64,000 nucleotides of DNA from an uncultured delta proteobacterium (GTDB lineage Bacteria; Myxococcota_A; Polyangia; Haliangiales; Haliangiaceae): the NCBI GenBank assembly GCA_963848295.1, contig CAWKDB010000010.1, positions 1,056,001-1,120,000 of the forward strand. Reading direction: 5' to 3'. Position 1 is the stretch's first letter, and every line of letters begins with the position of its first letter. The notes beneath the pieces were generated by a model. The model ran no database searches. It was given only the letters and a program-made list of their open reading frames with translations, and was not told the origin of the DNA. Below, in pieces: positions 1 to 9,948 of the stretch. A program made the position numbers and the translations under genes.

Positions 1-1141
1 AGCTGCTGCGGCGCGCCGATTACGTGTTGCGCGTCGCCGAGCGCACGGCCCCGCACGCGATCGCGCATGCACTCGTCGCGATCGGGCGCGCGACTCGCGA
101 CGGCGATGCGCTGACGTTGCTCGGGCTCGCGAGTCACATCGCGCGGCGCGGCGGCCCGTGGCCCCGTCGCGTGTTCTTCGCGCGCGGCGACGTGTTGCAC
201 GCATGGCGCATCGCCGACGTACGCACACCGCTCAGGGCCGATGCGATCGCCGCGATCGTGACCGCCGCACGCGGCGAGCTGGTCGCGCGGGCGCGCAAGC
301 ACAAGTTGTTCGCACGGGCGGTGCTCGACCGCGCGCTCGGTGATCTCCCGCTCGCCGCCGGCGATCCCCCGGCGATCGCGGCCCTCGCGTGCTGGCCGCG
401 CGGCAGCGAGGTCGCCCTACCCCCGGCGACGCGTTGCGCATCACCGCCGACCGCGACGCCTTATCGGTGATCGCGTTCGACGCCGACTGGCGCCACCTCA
501 CCACCTTCGCGACCGACGCGGCGCTGTCGATCGAGACGCTGTACGCCGCGGGCGCGCGCCAGCTGGTCGTCGCGGTCGCCGGTCGCTGCCGTCATGTCGA
601 GCTCGCGACCGCCGCCGCGACGCAGCACTTCGACCTCGCCGGCCGCGCGCTCGTCACGTGTGCGCTCGCGATCGATCTCGGCGAGCGCCGGACCCGTTGG
701 CTCGGCGTGCCGATCGCCGATCGCGCTGCGCTCGCCGCCGCTGGAGGGTTTCGCGCCGCGCTCGCTCACGCCGCCGCCGACGTCGCCGCCCACAGCGCGA
801 GTCAGGCACGGGCGACGTTGTGGGACCTCGCTTGTGTGCATGCCGCGGCGCGCGCGAACGTCGTGTACATCCGCGAGCGCGACGGCGCGATCACGATGTA
901 TCGCCGTCGCGACCACGAAGACCCGGTCCTCCGGCTCGCCCGCGTGCTGTCCGGTGCGAACGACGATGGCACCGCCGCCGCGATCCCGGTCGCCGACGCG
1001 CCGACGCTCGTCGCGGTGCTCGCGGACGACCTCGCGATCCCGCGCGGCTCGGCTGGTTACATTCTCGATGCGCGCCGCACCGGAGCCGCGGGGGTTACGC
1101 GGATGTCCGCGAACGAGCTCGTCGCGACCCTCAACGCGTAA
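1..1141 (+). CDS. 5'-truncated hypothetical protein, possibly the C-terminal part of an MXAN_6230/SCO0854-like protein; apparent 1-nt frameshift at ~420-424
   Basis: ORF 24..470 (...WPRGSEVALP) joins ORF 389..1141 (PGDALRI...ARATLWDLACVHAAAR) if one C is added to the C5 run at 420-424. Family resemblance is from recalled motifs only. Confidence 0.45.
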
Positions 1142-1183
1142 CAATCGGGCGGCGGTCGCGGAACCTGGCGTGATAAGTTCTAG

Positions 1184-1780
1184 GTGGTGAGCGGTCAACT
1201 CGGGCTCGTCGGTCTCGCCGCGCTGTTCGTCGCCGCGTGCGCGCAGGGGAGCACGCCGGGCTCGGGCCCACCCGACGCGTCCGGCAACAAGCTCGACGCG
1301 CCTCGGTCGATCGACGGCTTCACGCCGACCGCCGACGCGCCTGCCGCGGATATGTGTGCGAGCGCGGCGACCTGCACCGCCGCGGTCAACCTCGGCGGCG
1401 TGAGCGGCGACACCGGCGAAGACACGCTGATGGCGAGCGGCTATCAGGCCGCGTGGTACAGCGTGCGCGTCACCGAGAACGACAGCGGCGTGTTCGGCGT
1501 GCCGCAAGAGCTGCTGACCGAGCTGACCTCGCCGGCCAGCGAGCAGTACGACCTGTTCGTCTACGTCAACACCGGCAGCGACGTCATCGATTGCACGAGC
1601 GCGACTGGCTCGATCATGGTCAGCGGCACCACGGAATCGAGCAGCCTCACGTGGGGCGAGACCGGCACGTTCTCGAACGGCGATGACGATAGCCGCACCG
1701 TCTCGATCCAGATCGTGCCGAAAGCCGGGACGTGCTCGCCGGCGAGCCCATGGCACCTCGTCGTGGACGGCGACATCTAG
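1184..1780 (+). CDS. Putative lipoprotein, Cys-containing, beta-rich C-terminal domain
   Basis: Hydrophobic N-terminus with lipobox FVAAC; Pro/Asp/Ala linker; GC3-rich codons. Confidence 0.75.
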   Translation: MVSGQLGLVGLAALFVAACAQGSTPGSGPPDASGNKLDAPRSIDGFTPTADAPAADMCASAATCTAAVNLGGVSGDTGEDTLMASGYQAAWYSVRVTENDSGVFGVPQELLTELTSPASEQYDLFVYVNTGSDVIDCTSATGSIMVSGTTESSSLTWGETGTFSNGDDDSRTVSIQIVPKAGTCSPASPWHLVVDGDI

Positions 1781-1790
1781 CTCTCGCCGA

Positions 1791-2087
1791 TCAGCCCTGC
1801 GGATACCCGAGCTCGCGCTGATGCCGAAGACCTAGGATCGCGACAACATCCCGGCTTGGATCGAAGCGGTAGAGAGCGAGAAATCCGGTCCGGCCTCGGG
1901 AGATCACGAGCTCTCGAAGTCCATCATCCACGACGCGCCCGATCAGCGGGTGATGTCCGAGAATCGAGATCGCCTCGATCACCGCGTCGATCTGGGAGCG
2001 CGCCAGACCCGGGTCATCGCGCGCGTAGAAGTCGAAGACGCGCTCGAAGTCTCGGAACGCGCGTGGCGCGAAGACTATCTGCGCCAT
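1791..2087 (-). CDS. Type II toxin, RelE/ParE family
   Basis: 98 aa; HPLIGR...GLRELVISRGRTGFLALYRF...ILGLRHQRE is typical of ParE-like toxins; overlaps the upstream antitoxin. Confidence 0.85.
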   Translation of the reverse strand: MAQIVFAPRAFRDFERVFDFYARDDPGLARSQIDAVIEAISILGHHPLIGRVVDDGLRELVISRGRTGFLALYRFDPSRDVVAILGLRHQRELGYPQG

Positions 2088-2362
2088 CGCTTAGGTCGCG
2101 GGCGCTTGACCGACTTGCCACCGGCGCGAGCAGTCATGTAGCGAAACACATCCTCCGCGGCGAAATGAAGTCCGGTTCGGTTCAGCTCGCGTTCGGCGCG
2201 AAGAGCCTCGGCGACGAAGGCATCGTGGCGTTCCGCGCGCGTCGTTTCTTGCTCGATCGCATCGATCATGAAGGCGTGCGGCGTCTTGCCTGCCGCCTCG
2301 GCGACCGCCGTCACTCGTGACTTCAGCGCACCCGGCAACTTCAGGCTCGTCGCAGTCGGCAT
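2075..2362 (-). CDS. Antitoxin, ribbon-helix-helix (CopG-like)
   Basis: TSLKLPGALKSRVTAVAEAAGKTPHAFMIDAI RHH pattern; directly upstream of and overlapping the toxin. Confidence 0.8.
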   Translation of the reverse strand: MPTATSLKLPGALKSRVTAVAEAAGKTPHAFMIDAIEQETTRAERHDAFVAEALRAERELNRTGLHFAAEDVFRYMTARAGGKSVKRPRPKRWRR

Positions 2363-2431
2363 CGGTAGTCAGATGTTACTACCAGCGGACGCCGAGCGCC
2401 AGGACCGGCGCGGCATCGCCCGATGGCGCGG

Positions 2432-4597
2432 TTATCGCGCGAGCTGCGCGAGGATGAACGTCTGGACGTCGGCGAGCAGATCGATCTGCTCGGACATCGA
2501 TGACCCCATGCCATGCCCGGCCTTGTCGCTCGTGCGCAGCAAGATCGGCGCGCTGCCGGTCTGGGCGGCTTGCAGCGCCGCGATCATCTTGCGCGACTGC
2601 CAGGGCGAGACCCGTGGATCGTTCGCGCCGGTCGTCATCAGGATCGCCGGATAGCTCGCGCGCGCGACGTGATGGTACGGCGAGTATGCGTACAACGCCT
2701 TGAACTGGTCGGCGTCGGCGACCGTGCCGTACTCGGTCGTGTTGTAGATACCGTTCGGCGACAGCTCGACGCGCAGCATGTCGTAGATGCCGACCTCGGA
2801 CACGACGGCGTGCGCGAGCTCGGGATGTTGCGTGATCATGGCGCCCATCAGCAGGCCGCCGTTCGAGCCGCCTTCGATCGCGAGCTTGGCAGGGCTCGAG
2901 TACTTGTTGGCGATCACGAACTGCACCGTCGCGGCGAAGTCGTCGAACACGTTCTGCTTGTTCGTGAGCGCGCCGGCCTGATGCCACGCTTCGCCGAATT
3001 CGCCGCCGCCGCGCAGGTTGGCCTCGACGTAGCAGAAGCCCCGGCGCAGCAACGGCGCCCAGCGGGCGAGAAACACCGGTTCGAGGCTGATCCCGAAGCC
3101 ACCGTAGCCGGTGACCACGCACGGCGTCGAGCCGTCCCTCGGTGCGCCCTTGGGCCACACGATGTCGAGCGGAATGGACGTACCGTCCTTCGACGTCGCC
3201 ATCTCGCGCGATACCTCGAAGCTCGACAGATCGACCGGCGGTTTCGGCGAGAGCGCCGGCAAATCGGTCGCCGTGCCGTGCGCCGGATCGAAGTAGCGAT
3301 AGGTCCACGGCGTGGTGAACGACATCACGCCGTAGATGATGCCGGTCTTCCACGCCGTGGCCCCACCGACGGTGCTGATCGGCGGCGCCGCGGGTGCGGC
3401 CGCGGGCTTGCCGTCGCGAGTGAAGGCGCGCAGCTCGCTCGGCCCTCCGAGCTGATAGCTGACGAACACGCGGTGTCCTGCCGAGACGATGTTGTGGTGC
3501 TCGGTGAACTCGGTGACGATCGCGTCCTTGCCCTCGGGCACGACGAGCTTCGCGTCGGCCGAGCTCTTGGCGTGCGCGGCCAACCGCAACAACTTGCCGC
3601 GTAGCGCGTTCGCGCGCGAGACCAGCCAGAGCTCGTCGGTCTCGCCGAACTCGACCGCGACGATGTGATCGTTCCAATCGTCGAGCTGGCGCCAACCCGA
3701 TTTGTCGCGGAGGTAGTGGCGGAACGTCCCGCCGTCGCCGTTCTGGACCGATGCGATCACCCGGCCGCGCGAATCGGAGGCGAGCTCGATCTCGGCGATC
3801 CGCGGCAAGTCCTTCGCGAGCTCTTGCCGGTCGCTCGCGATCGGTGTGCCGAGCTGGTGGAACCACACGGTCATCCAACCGTCGAGCTCGTTCGCAGGCT
3901 TCTCACCCGGCGACGGGTAGCGCGTGTAGTAGAGCCCCTTGCCGTCGGGCGTCCACGCGACGTCGCCGCCGCCGGTGCCGTGTTGCACGTTCGGGATCAC
4001 CGGCTCGAGATCCTTGCCGTCGAGATCGACGATATGGAGCGCACCCGCCTCGCTGCCGCCCTCCGAGATCGACAGCGCGACCTTCGTGCCGTCCGGAGCC
4101 GGCCTCGCCCAATCGATCGTCTGTTGCGCGCCGCCGCCGGCGGCCGGATCGAAGATCAAGTGCGCATGTTCCGGCGCCGCGGGATCGGCCATGACGACGA
4201 GCTCGGCCTGCTCGTGAGTCGGCTGCTTGCGGAACGCGAACATCTTGCCGCCCGCGCTCGTCAGGCTCGCGTAGCGGACGATCGGCGCGGTGAGGATGTC
4301 GCGCAGCTCCTTGCGCACCGTCGCGAGCTCGGGGAGGTGGTCGAGATACGCGCGCGCGTGCTCGTTCTGCGCCGTGCTCCACGCGCGAACCGCGGCGCCG
4401 TCGCCCTCGAGCCAGCGATACGGATCGGTGACCGCGACGCCGTGATAGGTGTCGGTCACCGGCTTCACCGCCGCGACGAGCGGATTCGCGACCGCCGCGA
4501 TCGGCGCGGCGCGCGGATGCTCCACCGCCGCAGACGGACGCTCTTCGCCCGTCGAGCCACACGCTGCGAGCAAGACCACGAGACCGGCGCGCTTCAT
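2432..4597 (-). CDS. Prolyl oligopeptidase (S9A), lipoprotein signal
   Basis: DPYRWLE, NLRGGGEFG, GGSNGG catalytic Ser, DPRV Asp and AGHG His; start MKRAGLVVLLAAC. Confidence 0.93.
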   Translation of the reverse strand: MKRAGLVVLLAACGSTGEERPSAAVEHPRAAPIAAVANPLVAAVKPVTDTYHGVAVTDPYRWLEGDGAAVRAWSTAQNEHARAYLDHLPELATVRKELRDILTAPIVRYASLTSAGGKMFAFRKQPTHEQAELVVMADPAAPEHAHLIFDPAAGGGAQQTIDWARPAPDGTKVALSISEGGSEAGALHIVDLDGKDLEPVIPNVQHGTGGGDVAWTPDGKGLYYTRYPSPGEKPANELDGWMTVWFHQLGTPIASDRQELAKDLPRIAEIELASDSRGRVIASVQNGDGGTFRHYLRDKSGWRQLDDWNDHIVAVEFGETDELWLVSRANALRGKLLRLAAHAKSSADAKLVVPEGKDAIVTEFTEHHNIVSAGHRVFVSYQLGGPSELRAFTRDGKPAAAPAAPPISTVGGATAWKTGIIYGVMSFTTPWTYRYFDPAHGTATDLPALSPKPPVDLSSFEVSREMATSKDGTSIPLDIVWPKGAPRDGSTPCVVTGYGGFGISLEPVFLARWAPLLRRGFCYVEANLRGGGEFGEAWHQAGALTNKQNVFDDFAATVQFVIANKYSSPAKLAIEGGSNGGLLMGAMITQHPELAHAVVSEVGIYDMLRVELSPNGIYNTTEYGTVADADQFKALYAYSPYHHVARASYPAILMTTGANDPRVSPWQSRKMIAALQAAQTGSAPILLRTSDKAGHGMGSSMSEQIDLLADVQTFILAQLAR

Positions 4598-4614
4598 CCG
4601 CGCACCGTACACGC

Positions 4615-5685
4615 TCAGGTTTCGAACCGAAACCGCCAGATACCGAGACCGGCGAACAGCGCCGAAAACCCGGCGAGTGCCCCGAGCGACGGCGCGATGT
4701 CGACGAACGACGTGCCCTGGCGCACGAGCAGCGCGTAGTAGCCGTCGAGCGCCCACGAGTGCGGCACGCAATGCCCGAGCTGTTGCATGAACGGCGGCAT
4801 CAGCAGGCGCGGGAACATGCAGCCGCCGAGCAGGCCCATCACCAGCAACAACACCGGGACGGTGCTGCCGATCTGCTTCTCGGTCCAACCGAACGACGCG
4901 CACAACACGCCGAGGCTCGTCGCGCACAGCACGACCATCAGCGTCAGCACGACGAGCGCGACCACGCTGCCCGCGACCTGCATGCCGAACACGCCGGCGC
5001 CCAGGCCGAAGATCAGCCCGAGCTGGACACAGCCGATCAAGTAGTACGGCACGAGCTTGCCGAACAGCACCTTCCAGCGCGGCACCGGCGCGGCGAGCAG
5101 GCGGCGCCACGTACCGGAGTGGCGCTCGCTCGAGAACGACATCGCGACCATCATCGCGATGAAGAACCCGAACAGCACGCCGTTGCCCGGGACGGTGACC
5201 TGAAACCCGCTGATCCCGTCGAGCACCTTCGCGACGCCCGGCGGTTGCACGATCGTGATCGGTGGCGGTGCGGTCACGAGCGAGAGCCCGCGCATCACGA
5301 CCGCGACCAGCGCGCCTTGCAGCGGCCCGATGACCTGGACCGGTGCGCCGGAGTCGATCACGAGCTCGATGTTGCCGGTCGCTGGCACGACGAAGCCGGC
5401 GCCGACCTCCTCGTGGCCGACCGCGGCGCGCACGGCGTCGGCCGACGGCTCGTCGCGGGGCGCGAACCCGGTGCTCGCCGCGAGTGCCTTCTCGATCTGC
5501 TCGCCGCGCACATCGCCGGGAGCATGCCAGATCGCGATCGGCCGAGGCTCGCCGCGATCGGGGCCGAACTTGAACATCGAGCCGAACACCGCGATGAAGA
5601 TGATCGGCATCGCGATCAGCATCAGCAGCCGGCCGCGGTCGTGGACGAGCAGCGCGACGTCCTTGCGAATCGCCGCGGCGATCAC
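4615..5685 (-). CDS. ABC-2 type transporter permease
   Basis: Multiple TM helices; SERHSGTWRRLLAAPV motif; GTG start overlaps the ATPase stop. Confidence 0.88.
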   Translation of the reverse strand: MIAAAIRKDVALLVHDRGRLLMLIAMPIIFIAVFGSMFKFGPDRGEPRPIAIWHAPGDVRGEQIEKALAASTGFAPRDEPSADAVRAAVGHEEVGAGFVVPATGNIELVIDSGAPVQVIGPLQGALVAVVMRGLSLVTAPPPITIVQPPGVAKVLDGISGFQVTVPGNGVLFGFFIAMMVAMSFSSERHSGTWRRLLAAPVPRWKVLFGKLVPYYLIGCVQLGLIFGLGAGVFGMQVAGSVVALVVLTLMVVLCATSLGVLCASFGWTEKQIGSTVPVLLLVMGLLGGCMFPRLLMPPFMQQLGHCVPHSWALDGYYALLVRQGTSFVDIAPSLGALAGFSALFAGLGIWRFRFET

Positions 5686-6617
5686 GACGCCGACTCGTCG
5701 CGAAGTGCCTTGCCGGTCAGTGCGAGAAACGCGGTCTCGAGGCTCGCCTCGCGCGACCGTAGCTCCGCGATCGTCGCGGCCGTTTCGATCGCCGCGATCA
5801 CCGGCGCGAGCGCGGCCTTCGGCACGACGCGCACGACGTCGGAACCTGCGGCGTGCTCGACCGTCGCGTGCGACTCGGCGGCGCGAACGGCGGCTTCGAC
5901 ATCGCCCGCGATCGTCAGCTCGTAGCCGGCGCCTGCATACTGCGCGACGAGCTCGCCGATCGATCCGATCGCGACGATCTTGCCCGCGTCCATGATCGCG
6001 ACGCGATCGCACAGCGCCTCGACCTCTTCCATGTAATGGCTCGTGTAGATCACGGTCGTCCCGCCAGCGGCGAGCGCCTTGACGGTCTCGAAGATGTGAT
6101 TGCGACTCTGCGGATCGACGCCGACCGTCGGCTCGTCGAGGATCAGCAACTCGGGCTTGTGGACGAGCCCCGCGGCGATGTTGAGCCGGCGCTTCATGCC
6201 GCCCGAGTAGGTCTTGACCCGATCGCGCGCGCGATCGGCGAGCCCGACGACCTCGAGCGCCCACGCGATGTGTTCGGCGAGCACCGCACCGGCAAGGCCG
6301 TAGAGCGCGCCGAAGAACCGCAAGTTGTGGAGCGCGGGCAGCTCCTCGTACAGCGCGAGCTCTTGCGGCACGAGCCCGAGCTTGCGCTTGGCCGCGAACG
6401 GATCGCGCCCGAGCTCGACGCCGCCGACCACCACGCTGCCGCGGCTCGGCGTGATCACGCCGCACGCCATCGAGATCGTCGTGGTCTTGCCGGCGCCGTT
6501 CGGGCCGAGCAGGCCGAGGATCTCGCCGCGGGTGACGTCGAGATCGAGTGCATCGACCGCGACGCGCTCGCCGTACGTCTTGCCGAGGCCGCGCAGCTCC
6601 AGCACGTGCGCGGTCAC
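5682..6617 (-). CDS. ABC transporter ATP-binding protein (DrrA-like)
   Basis: Walker [10 protein letters not shown], signature YSGGMKRR, Walker B LLILDEPT. Confidence 0.93.
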   Translation of the reverse strand: MTAHVLELRGLGKTYGERVAVDALDLDVTRGEILGLLGPNGAGKTTTISMACGVITPSRGSVVVGGVELGRDPFAAKRKLGLVPQELALYEELPALHNLRFFGALYGLAGAVLAEHIAWALEVVGLADRARDRVKTYSGGMKRRLNIAAGLVHKPELLILDEPTVGVDPQSRNHIFETVKALAAGGTTVIYTSHYMEEVEALCDRVAIMDAGKIVAIGSIGELVAQYAGAGYELTIAGDVEAAVRAAESHATVEHAAGSDVVRVVPKAALAPVIAAIETAATIAELRSREASLETAFLALTGKALRDESAS

Positions 6618-7648
6618 GGCTGCAGCACGACCTTGCCGAACGCCTCGCGCGCCTCGAGCATGCGATGGCCATCCGCGGCGCGGGCGAGCGGCAACACGGC
6701 GTGCACGACCGGCTGCAACCGACCGGCCGCGACGTGACCGAGCACGGCGAGTAGGTCCGCCTTGCTCGCCATCGTCGAGCCGAGGATCGCGAGCTGGCGA
6801 AAGAAGATGTGGCGCAAGTCGATCGCGGGGTGAAAGCCGGCGGTCGCGCCGCACGTCACGATCGTGCCGCCGTTCCTGACCGCGCGGATGCTCGCCGCGA
6901 ACACGTCGCCGCCGACGTGCTCGATCACCGCGTCGACGCCGCGCTTGTCGGTCAACACGCGGCACTCCGCGGCGAAGTCTTGCGTCGTGTAGTCGACCGC
7001 GACGTCCGCGCCGATCTGCCGCGCCCGCTCGCACTTGACGGCGTTGCCCGCGGTCGCGATCACCCGCGCGCCGTGCAGCTTCGCGATCTGGATCGCGGCG
7101 ACCCCGACGCCGGAGCCCGCACCCTGGACCAGCACGACCTCGCCGGGCTGGACCCGCGCCTTGTGCACGACCATCTGCCACGCGGTCATGAACGTCAGGA
7201 TCGAGGCCGCCGCCTGCGCGTAGTCAAGACGCTCGGGATACGGCGCGAGGTTCGTGTCGGGCACGACGATCGCCTCGGCGTAGCCACCCTGCGCGTTCTC
7301 GCCCAGGATCTTGTAGTAGCGGCACAGGTTGTCGTGGCCGCCGAGGCACTGCGCGCACTGGCCGCACGACAGGCCCGGTTGGACCACGACCTTGGCGCCG
7401 AGCTTCGCGCGCGCACCGGCCCCGAGCGCCTCGACCTCACCGACGAGGTCCGAGCCGAGCCGATGCGGATACTCGAGCTTGAACGCCGGCCCGCCGCGGC
7501 GCACCCAGAGATCGAGGTGGTTGAGCGCGATCGCGCGGATCCGCACGCGGACCTCGCGCGGTCCCGGCTCGGGCAGCGCGATCTGCTCGAGCTGCAATAC
7601 CTCGGGCCCGCCGTGCTCGCGCAGCACGACCGCGTTCATGGTCGCCAT
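6614..7648 (-). CDS. Zinc-binding alcohol dehydrogenase / quinone oxidoreductase (MDR)
   Basis: CGQCAQCLGGHDNLC structural-Zn motif; GAGSGVG NAD(P)-binding motif; FGKVVL C-terminus. Confidence 0.9.
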   Translation of the reverse strand: MATMNAVVLREHGGPEVLQLEQIALPEPGPREVRVRIRAIALNHLDLWVRRGGPAFKLEYPHRLGSDLVGEVEALGAGARAKLGAKVVVQPGLSCGQCAQCLGGHDNLCRYYKILGENAQGGYAEAIVVPDTNLAPYPERLDYAQAAASILTFMTAWQMVVHKARVQPGEVVLVQGAGSGVGVAAIQIAKLHGARVIATAGNAVKCERARQIGADVAVDYTTQDFAAECRVLTDKRGVDAVIEHVGGDVFAASIRAVRNGGTIVTCGATAGFHPAIDLRHIFFRQLAILGSTMASKADLLAVLGHVAAGRLQPVVHAVLPLARAADGHRMLEAREAFGKVVLQP

Positions 7649-7677
7649 GACGCGAACATACGCGCTAGGGTTCGCGC

Positions 7678-8448
7678 ATGCGAGTCGTCCCGGTGCCGTG
7701 TCTCAAAGACAACTACGCCTACCTGGTAATCGACGGCGGCAGCGCTGCGGTCGTCGATCCCGGCGAGGCTCCGCCGATCGAAGCGGCGCTCGCGCGCGAG
7801 CACGTCACCCTCGCCGCGGTCTGGGCGACTCATCATCACTACGATCACACCGACGGCATCCCGGCCCTCGTCGCGGCGCATCCCGGCATCGAAGTGATCG
7901 TCGGCCAGACCGACGCCGACAAGGTCAAGCACGTCACCCGCATCGTCAAAGCCGGCGACGAGGTCACGCTCGGCGACGTGCGCGCGAAGATCATCCACAA
8001 CCCCGGCCACACGCTCGGCGCGGTCAGCTTCTACGTCGCCGACCCCGGCTGGGTGTTCACCGGCGACACCCTATTCGCCGGCGGTTGCGGGCGCGTGTTC
8101 GAGGGCGATCCCGCGATGATGCGCGCCTCGCTCGCCAAGCTCGCCGAGCTCCCGCCCGACACCAAGGTCTACTTCGGCCACGAGTACACCGCGGCGAACC
8201 TCAAGTTCGCGCTCGCGGTCGAGCCCGACAGCGGGCCGATCACGAAGCGCGCGCATGCCGTCGCCGAGCTGCGCGCCCGCAACGAATTCACGACACCCTC
8301 GACGATCGCGGACGAGCGCGCGACCAATCCATTCCTGCGCACCACCGAGCCGCGCGTCTACGCCGCCGCGCAGAACCGCGACGACTCGGTGAGCGACCCC
8401 GACACCGCGTTCGCCGCGATCCGGACGTGGAAGAACAACTTCAAGTAG
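7678..8448 (+). CDS. gloB: Hydroxyacylglutathione hydrolase (glyoxalase II)
   Basis: DNYAYL, THHHYDHTDG, PGHTLG, FTGDTLFAGGCGR, GHEYT, ERATNPFLR. Confidence 0.93.
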   Translation: MRVVPVPCLKDNYAYLVIDGGSAAVVDPGEAPPIEAALAREHVTLAAVWATHHHYDHTDGIPALVAAHPGIEVIVGQTDADKVKHVTRIVKAGDEVTLGDVRAKIIHNPGHTLGAVSFYVADPGWVFTGDTLFAGGCGRVFEGDPAMMRASLAKLAELPPDTKVYFGHEYTAANLKFALAVEPDSGPITKRAHAVAELRARNEFTTPSTIADERATNPFLRTTEPRVYAAAQNRDDSVSDPDTAFAAIRTWKNNFK

Positions 8449-8458
8449 AGCGCGCCCG

Positions 8459-9841
8459 TCACTCGACCGGGCACGCCGTCGCCGGGCACGTGTTCTCTGC
8501 GTTCGGGATGTTGGTCTCGATGCAGCCCGCGATCCCGGTGAATGTGTTCGTCGTGAGGAAGTCGACATCGACCGTGCTCCACCCGCGGTACACCCCGACG
8601 CCGGCGCTATTCGAGAACGCGGTGTTCGAGATGAACGCGGAGGGCACGACGCCGGGCGCGAGGCCGATGATCACGGAGCCATCCTCGCGACTGGAGCCGA
8701 CCCCGGGCTTCCACTCGCACACGCCGACCGCGAAGCTCGGCCCACCGGCGTTGCGAATGCTCGCGTAGGTGATCGAGGTCGCGGGATCGACCGCGTTGCG
8801 GAACTCGAGCCCTTGCCAGTCGCCCGCCGCGGGCGTACCTGCAGCCGAGTCGAACACGACAGGCTTTGCGGCGGTGCCGGCGACCACGAGCGCGCCTTGC
8901 GCGGTGCCGTCAGAATGCCCGCGCACTTGGATCCGGCTCGAGCTCGACATGCCTTCGGGTGTGAACAGCATCATCACGCCCGCATCGATCGTCAGCTTCG
9001 CCGGTGCGTCACCGACCACGCCGTCGCCGACGACGATCGTCGCGGGCACCAAGCCCACGCGATATGGCACGCCGGGATCGTGGAGCGTTACGTCGGCGAG
9101 CAAGGTGCGCCCCTGCTCGAACGCAGCCGAGGTGCCCGAGCTCTGCAGCAGGATCGCATCGTTCGCGTTGCCGGTATACGACCCCTCCGGGAGATCGGTA
9201 GCGGAGTCCGCGCCGAGCAAGATCGGATACGCGCCCGAGCTCGCGATCGTCAACGCGGTCGACCCCGGGACGAACCGCGCCGAATTCATGAACACCGCGA
9301 TGCCCGACGAGTGCTCGACGGTCACGTGATCGACCGCGAGCAGCAGCGGCAACGTAGCATCGCCGCGCGCCACGATCGTCGCGCCGAGCTGATCCGCGGT
9401 CGTGTAGTCGCCGGCCGTGCCGCCGCCGTCGAACGAGGCGTACGCGAGGTGCAACGTCGCGGGCCCGAACGCAGAGACGTGGCCCCATGGCGACCCCGCG
9501 GTGTCTTGCACGAAGCGGATCGGAGCCGCAGCCGTTCCGTTCGCGATCAACGCGGTCGCACCTGGAGTCAGCTCGATGCTGGCATCGGGAGCGAGCCGGA
9601 CTTCGCTGCAGCCCTCGATCGTCAGCGTGCCGGCGGTGACGTTCACCGTCGCGGTCACCTCGTGGATTCCCGACGCCCACGTCTCGTCCGCCGCGATCGC
9701 GCCGGCATGCGTGATCGGTGTACCTGATGGCACGCACGCGGGAGCATCGATACCACCGTCCGCGGCCGCCGCGTCGGGTAGCCCGTGCGAGCTACCGCCG
9801 CCACACGCCGTCATCAACACACAGCAGACAAGTCCACGCAC
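8459..9841 (-). CDS. Lipoprotein with pectin-lyase-like/beta-helix repeats
   Basis: AAGGAG RBS, GTG start, lipobox LMTAC; two GTAAxP(I/V)xF...W repeats. Confidence 0.7.
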   Translation of the reverse strand: MRGLVCCVLMTACGGGSSHGLPDAAAADGGIDAPACVPSGTPITHAGAIAADETWASGIHEVTATVNVTAGTLTIEGCSEVRLAPDASIELTPGATALIANGTAAAPIRFVQDTAGSPWGHVSAFGPATLHLAYASFDGGGTAGDYTTADQLGATIVARGDATLPLLLAVDHVTVEHSSGIAVFMNSARFVPGSTALTIASSGAYPILLGADSATDLPEGSYTGNANDAILLQSSGTSAAFEQGRTLLADVTLHDPGVPYRVGLVPATIVVGDGVVGDAPAKLTIDAGVMMLFTPEGMSSSSRIQVRGHSDGTAQGALVVAGTAAKPVVFDSAAGTPAAGDWQGLEFRNAVDPATSITYASIRNAGGPSFAVGVCEWKPGVGSSREDGSVIIGLAPGVVPSAFISNTAFSNSAGVGVYRGWSTVDVDFLTTNTFTGIAGCIETNIPNAENTCPATACPVE

Positions 9842-9948
9842 GGGCAACTCCTTCTCACCAGGAGCGCGCTCGCGCAATTCGTCGCACGGTTTTCTGCGCT
9901 CGCTTGCGTCGGCCGCGAAAGGCGTTGGTTCCCGCAGACTTGCGAGTG